Shown piece after piece: positions 62,059-64,000 of a stretch of DNA of 64,000 nucleotides (position 1 is its first letter; every line of letters starts with the position of its first letter). The notes under the pieces were generated by a model that was given only the letters and a program-made list of their open reading frames with translations, was not told where the DNA came from and made no database searches. Location of the stretch: the NCBI GenBank assembly GCA_976551045.1, contig CDPCPM010000007.1:13640001-13704000 (forward strand), read 5' to 3'. The position numbers and the translations under genes are program-made. The stretch is from Glaucostegus cemiculus. Taxonomy: Eukaryota.

Positions 62059-63279
62059 GGTTTTATAACCACTGGTGCTGCATTTCCCCCAAAATGGTAA
62101 CATCCTCTGTGTGCCTTATTGAAACCCTTCATAATTTGAATTGCCTTTTAAAACTGGTAAGGAAAAAAAAGTGAAATATACTTTGGGTGTCATACTTAAA
62201 TCTTCAGGACAGGCTCAGTACAGCTGGGATTGTGTCAAGTATGAGGAAACAAACATAAAATAATAACTACTTCAGTTTAGACTCACTATCTACCTGTTGT
62301 TATCTATATGCAGCTGCCCACATTGTTATAAATGGCCACTTTTCCTCCACTCCCATGCTAAGTGGGAATGGTCTGAAGAATCATACACCAGATGACTTAA
62401 TCAGCAGCATTATCACTGAGCTCAAAGTCATCTTGTCCTCCATTGTGACATTTTTTGACAGCATTAACCTCCATGTTACATACAGTATGGTATTCAGTTA
62501 TGTCTGTACTATATTTTTTGTGCCTTTGTTGTGACATTCTGATAATATCCTTCAGCCTCTTGTTTATGTAGATTTCACTGAACAATTTTGGTTCACTTAA
62601 AAACAACTATTAAGCAGTATTTTAAAGGTGAATTGGGCCAATCTTTTAGATATACCATGAAAGTTTGATCTTTGATTTACACAACTTGGAAGAAATGTTG
62701 CTGTGCAGTTGAAAACTGTTTGATTCAGTGTGGAACAATAATGTACACATTTCTGTGTGTCTTAGAACCTGCTGGGGAATCCATCTCCTCATTTTGTTCT
62801 CACTAGCACTTTATTTTTCCTGCCAGATGCAGCAACAACACACTCCTTGCAGCTGAAAGAGTGCTGTTTCATTGTGGTATGTTCCTTATAGGAACTGGCT
62901 GCAAAAACCACACCTGCTGCCCTATATGCTACCTGCAAGATCTCTAAAACTAATAATGCCAGTTTCATTGCGATGATACTAAGAGACGCCCAATAGTACC
63001 ATTATGTGAACCTCCCAAGTGACGATCTTAATCTTTTTCAAACTTTCAGATGACTATCAAAGCTGTTTCAAAACCAAATGTGGTGTGAAACAATTTCTAA
63101 GCCATTGTTTATGGATAACACCATAAATTGACATATCAATTGAATGAGTTAATTGCAATCCCTAAAATCATGCATTGCAATTATTTTGATGTTATAACTT
63201 CACTAACCAAAATTGTCCCTTTTTTAAATTCAGCTAATATCATGTAAATAACATGATTCTTCTCTGTTTCATTTTTCAG

Positions 63280-63364
63280 GAATCTGCAGCATTCAAAGCT
63301 GTCAATGCTCTTCAGTCTGTGTACGGTATCAAATACAAACATGGGCCGGCATCTAGCACTTTGT
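63280..63364 (+). CDS. CPA6: CPA6 exon 10 (final exon lies outside the window)
   Basis: ttcag|[29 protein letters not shown]|gtaagc; 85 nt, ending in the split codon expected for Tyr248. Confidence 0.94.
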
Positions 63365-64000
63365 GTAAGCTTTTAAAATTGATAGTATTTAAATTGGACT
63401 GCACTAGAGGTTAGGTAGGCATATTTGAAATAATGTTTAATTTTTAGTTGCAAAAAGAATGTGTCATAAATGCTTTTCAATAAGCATTCTGCTATAATGA
63501 TCTAATTCAATGCAGTGTAAAACAAGGGCAAGTCCAACTCGCCAGATGAATTGAAAGCCATCATTAATAATAATTAAACTACTTGGGCTTCACAACATCC
63601 ATGAAAAGAAAATTTAATGCCTGGTTTCTTGTCAAATCTCATGATTGGAAACTGTGAACCCTCCAATAGGGCTGAACAAAACAAAATTTGCTGGGGGCAA
63701 TGGAGTTAGGTGTTGGATGTTGTTGGTGGCCATGTAAAAGAAATCAAATGCAAATGATCAAGTATCCATTATACCAAATGGTATTGCAGAATGGAGTCAA
63801 CTAGTTAAAAAAAAAACAGAAAATTAGTCCTTCTGAAAAGTTAGAAAGGTTAAACTGGAGATTTATAATAAAAGGGGTAAATAAAGATTTAAATGCATGG
63901 ATAGAGATACAGGAAAGTACAAAAAAAGTAAATATACTTATTAGTGTGTAAGATATACAGTAGCTTTGTCAACATTCAATGGAATGAACTGGCCAACTTT

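Noticed and set aside
23518-63364. CPB2/TAFI or pancreatic CPA/CPB as the gene identity
   Set aside because: [36 protein letters not shown] and [16 protein letters not shown], plus the RxRR site and exon sizes, match CPA6 as I recall it.
1-64000. CRISPR arrays, operons or other prokaryotic systems
   Set aside because: The sequence is vertebrate genomic DNA with spliceosomal introns; no regularly spaced repeat-spacer array was seen.

Overview
Eukaryotic vertebrate genomic DNA. The repeat content (abundant CR1 LINEs, Rex1/Babar-like LINEs, V-SINE/HE1-like SINEs, Penelope-like remnants) points to a cartilaginous fish. The only host gene is carboxypeptidase A6 (CPA6) on the + strand. It has a CpG-rich promoter region at ~22.9-23.4 kb and coding exons 1-10 between 23518 and 63364, all with GT-AG sites in consistent phase; the last exon lies beyond the window. 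Upstream is a young, full-length ~4.46 kb CR1 LINE (15036-19499) with an ATCAT target duplication, a zinc-finger/SGNH-esterase ORF1 carrying one frameshift, and an intact endonuclease-RT ORF2. It is inserted into an old Penelope-like element. Main observations: (1) a correctly phased U_UUA_AAC -1 frameshift heptamer at the ORF1 stop that opens directly into ORF2, suggesting a gag-pol-like ORF1-ORF2 fusion in a non-LTR element; (2) a synonymously diverged tandem duplication of a VPLENRY motif in ORF1; (3) minimal hammerhead-ribozyme motifs in Penelope-type repeats inside CPA6 introns; (4) an acceptor-ACG-donor micro-exon-like signal at the CPA6 promoter. Boundaries of old repeats are approximate, and comparisons to human CPA6 are from memory, not from a database search.
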